From contig CM041465.1 of the NCBI GenBank assembly GCA_023213395.1, forward strand, positions 88,419,741 through 88,483,740: 64,000 nt of DNA. Reading direction: 5' to 3'. Made by a program: the position numbers and the translations under genes. Below the pieces are notes generated by a model that was given only the letters and a program-made list of their open reading frames with translations, had not been told where the DNA came from and did no database searches. The stretch's first letter is position 1. Every line of letters begins with the position of its first letter. This document shows positions 61,878-64,000 of this stretch, in pieces. The DNA is from Cycas panzhihuaensis (Eukaryota; Plantae; Cycadophyta).

Positions 61878-64000
61878 TGTTAAAATTTGAATAATAATAG
61901 GAATGGAGAACTAATCATGGCAGGATTAAAATGTCAATTAATATGAAATTACTTTAACATAACTGAAATAAATCTCACGCTAAAGTCATCTCTTATTAAA
62001 TTTTACAATGCACTGTACATGCATAAATACAACTCTAAAACAAAATCTAAATTCTAACTAATCAACATATGTGATGTGAAAGTTGTAACCCCCAATGACT
62101 CATCACTCACATAAACATTAAAATAAATCTAAACTTAATATAATAAAAAACTTAAAGGGAGACCCATAACCCAAAGTTATGAGACACAAATAAGCATTAA
62201 TGTTAACACTCCACCTTAATGTTTATTTCATTTTTTCTAACACCTAAGCCATCCCTAAAAGTCTAGAATCTGTCACATACCAGTGATTTGGTGAAAATGT
62301 CAGCCAATTGTTCTTTTGTCAGCTTGAACATCATCTCAATCATACCTTTTTGAATCAATTCTCAAATAGAGTGATGGTGCACCTCAATATGTTTGGTGCA
62401 AGTGCGAAATACCAAATTTTTTGCAATCTTCAAAGTATTATGATTGTCACAATACAAGATAGTTGGTTCCAATTGCAGTAGTCCCATGTCCTCCAAAATC
62501 TGACATAACCAAACGGCTTCAATAGCTGCTATAATTGCAGCCTTATACTCTGTTTCAGTCGAGAATAAAGCAACATTTGATTACTTTTACTACTCCAAGT
62601 GATGATAGATGAACCCAAACTAAAACAAGATCCAAAATTGATCTTCTATTATCTGCATGTCCGGCCCAATCGAAATCTGTGAATCCTATCAACTTGAAAT
62701 TGTCATTATGCTAGAATTTAAGTCCATATTCAATTGTCCCTTTCAAGTATTCAAGGATCCTCTTTGCAAATTTCCAATGACTTTATTTTTGCACAGTCAT
62801 AAATCTAGACACCATTCTAAGTGCCAAAAAATATATCAAGTCTGGTAGTAATCACATATATTAGACTTCCCACCAATTACTTGTACAATGTTGAATCAAC
62901 ATTTGCTCCACCATCTTCCGTTGTTAATCTAGAACCTGTCTCCATGGAGGCAAGTGCAAGTTTACAATCATTCATTCTAAATTTACTTCTCAAGTGTACT
63001 TCGCCTGCAAGATGAATACATGCTCAAGCCTTTGCCATACTTCCACACCAAATAAGTAGTGTAAATTCCTAGATCTGTCATCTCAAAGAAATGACTAAGA
63101 TCTACCTTCACGTTTGATATCATATCGATATCATTACCTATGATCAGTACATTGTCAATATACAATACCACAAACATGATTTTATATTTTTCTACTTTGA
63201 TGTATAAATTTGAGTCAGCTAGAGATCTCTCAAATCCATTCTTCAAAAAATATTAATCAATCTTTTCATACTGGGCTCTAGGAGCCTGTTTCAGCTTGAA
63301 CAAGACCTTCCTGAGTCGACATACAAAATGCTCATGAGCTTTTTCAACAAAGCCAAGTGGCTACTCCATGCAGACTCCTTTGTTTAAATCCCCATTCAAA
63401 AATGCACTCTTTACGTCCATCTGTTGTAGTTGCCAATTGAATTGTGCAACTATTGCCAAAATGAAACAAATGGTATTCATCTTTGCAATAAGAGCAAATG
63501 TCTCTTGGTAGTCAATCCCTTCTTGTTGCTTGAAGCCTTTCACTACAAGTAAAGCTTTGTATCTATCTACAGATCCGTTCGATTTGAACTTCTTCCTGTA
63601 GATCCATTTACATCCAATTGCATTCTTGCTAGTAGGCAATTTGACCAAATCCCATGTGTGGTTCTTCCTATAGATCCATTTGCATCCAATTGCATGCTTA
63701 CTAGTAGGCAATTTGACCAAATCCCATATGTGGTTCTTCCTAACAGCTTAGATCTTAGTCTCCATAGCATCATTTCACTTCTACTCTTTGACAGCTTCTT
63801 CAATTGTAGATGGTTCATTTGCATCTAATACACGTGGTATAAGAGCTATGCTCACACTCAAAAGTTTGCATCTTTGACTTCCACTTTCTCTCAGAATCAA
63901 GTAACAACTTCTTAGCATCCTTCATAGTTTTTGAATACCATTTTGGAAGCTTCTTCTTCAATGATGAAGGTGAAGGATTAGACAATTTCTCTGGCTTTGG
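61878..64000 (-). mobile_element. Ty1/Copia element, 3' part (RT, RNaseH, PPT, 3' LTR); continues beyond the window
   Basis: WDLVKLP, QMDVKSAFLNG and LYIDN motifs; PPT at 62209; probable LTR 61878-62208 (TGTTAA...TTAACA). The partner LTR is not in the window. Confidence 0.9.
63590..63741. repeat. 72-bp in-frame tandem duplication in Copia RT
   Basis: ttcttcct recurs at 63590, 63662 and 63734; the peptide RKNH(I/T)WDLVKLPTSK(H/N)AIGCKWIY occurs twice. Confidence 0.92.

Noticed and set aside
1-64000. Strand bias of intronic retroelements relative to the host gene
   Set aside because: Both orientations are well represented (roughly 10 sense to 7 antisense), too few to claim a bias.

Overview
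Eukaryotic (land-plant) nuclear DNA. The only host gene I can support is a minus-strand type-B cytokinin response regulator (ARR1/ARR2-like, receiver + GARP/Myb). Three internal exons are present (10783-10935, 10282-10674, 9968-10044), with canonical GT-AG junctions and a continuous reading frame. I could not find the upstream exon (VLVVDDD...) or the downstream exon (KYRLYL...) in the window, so the window probably lies inside a gene with one intron >53 kb and another >9.9 kb, which is gymnosperm- or fern-like (inference). Almost everything else is a nested pile of decayed LTR retrotransposons, most resolvable by LTR pairs, tRNA-iMet PBS, PPT and 5-bp TSDs. These comprise five Ty1/Copia copies or remnants, three related chromodomain-bearing Ty3/Gypsy elements, older Gypsy remnants, three pol-less gag(-protease)-only elements and two solo LTRs. 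No TE ORF is intact. The best candidates for something undescribed are: (i) a 24-nt double-hairpin motif conserved in otherwise dissimilar chromovirus LTRs, with between-family variation confined to the loop; (ii) three independent gag-only non-autonomous elements from both superfamilies; (iii) a CpG-rich, highly structured 2.5-kb solo LTR carrying splice signals. No RNA gene, CRISPR array or prokaryotic system is supported. All coordinates were read by eye and nothing was searched against a database.
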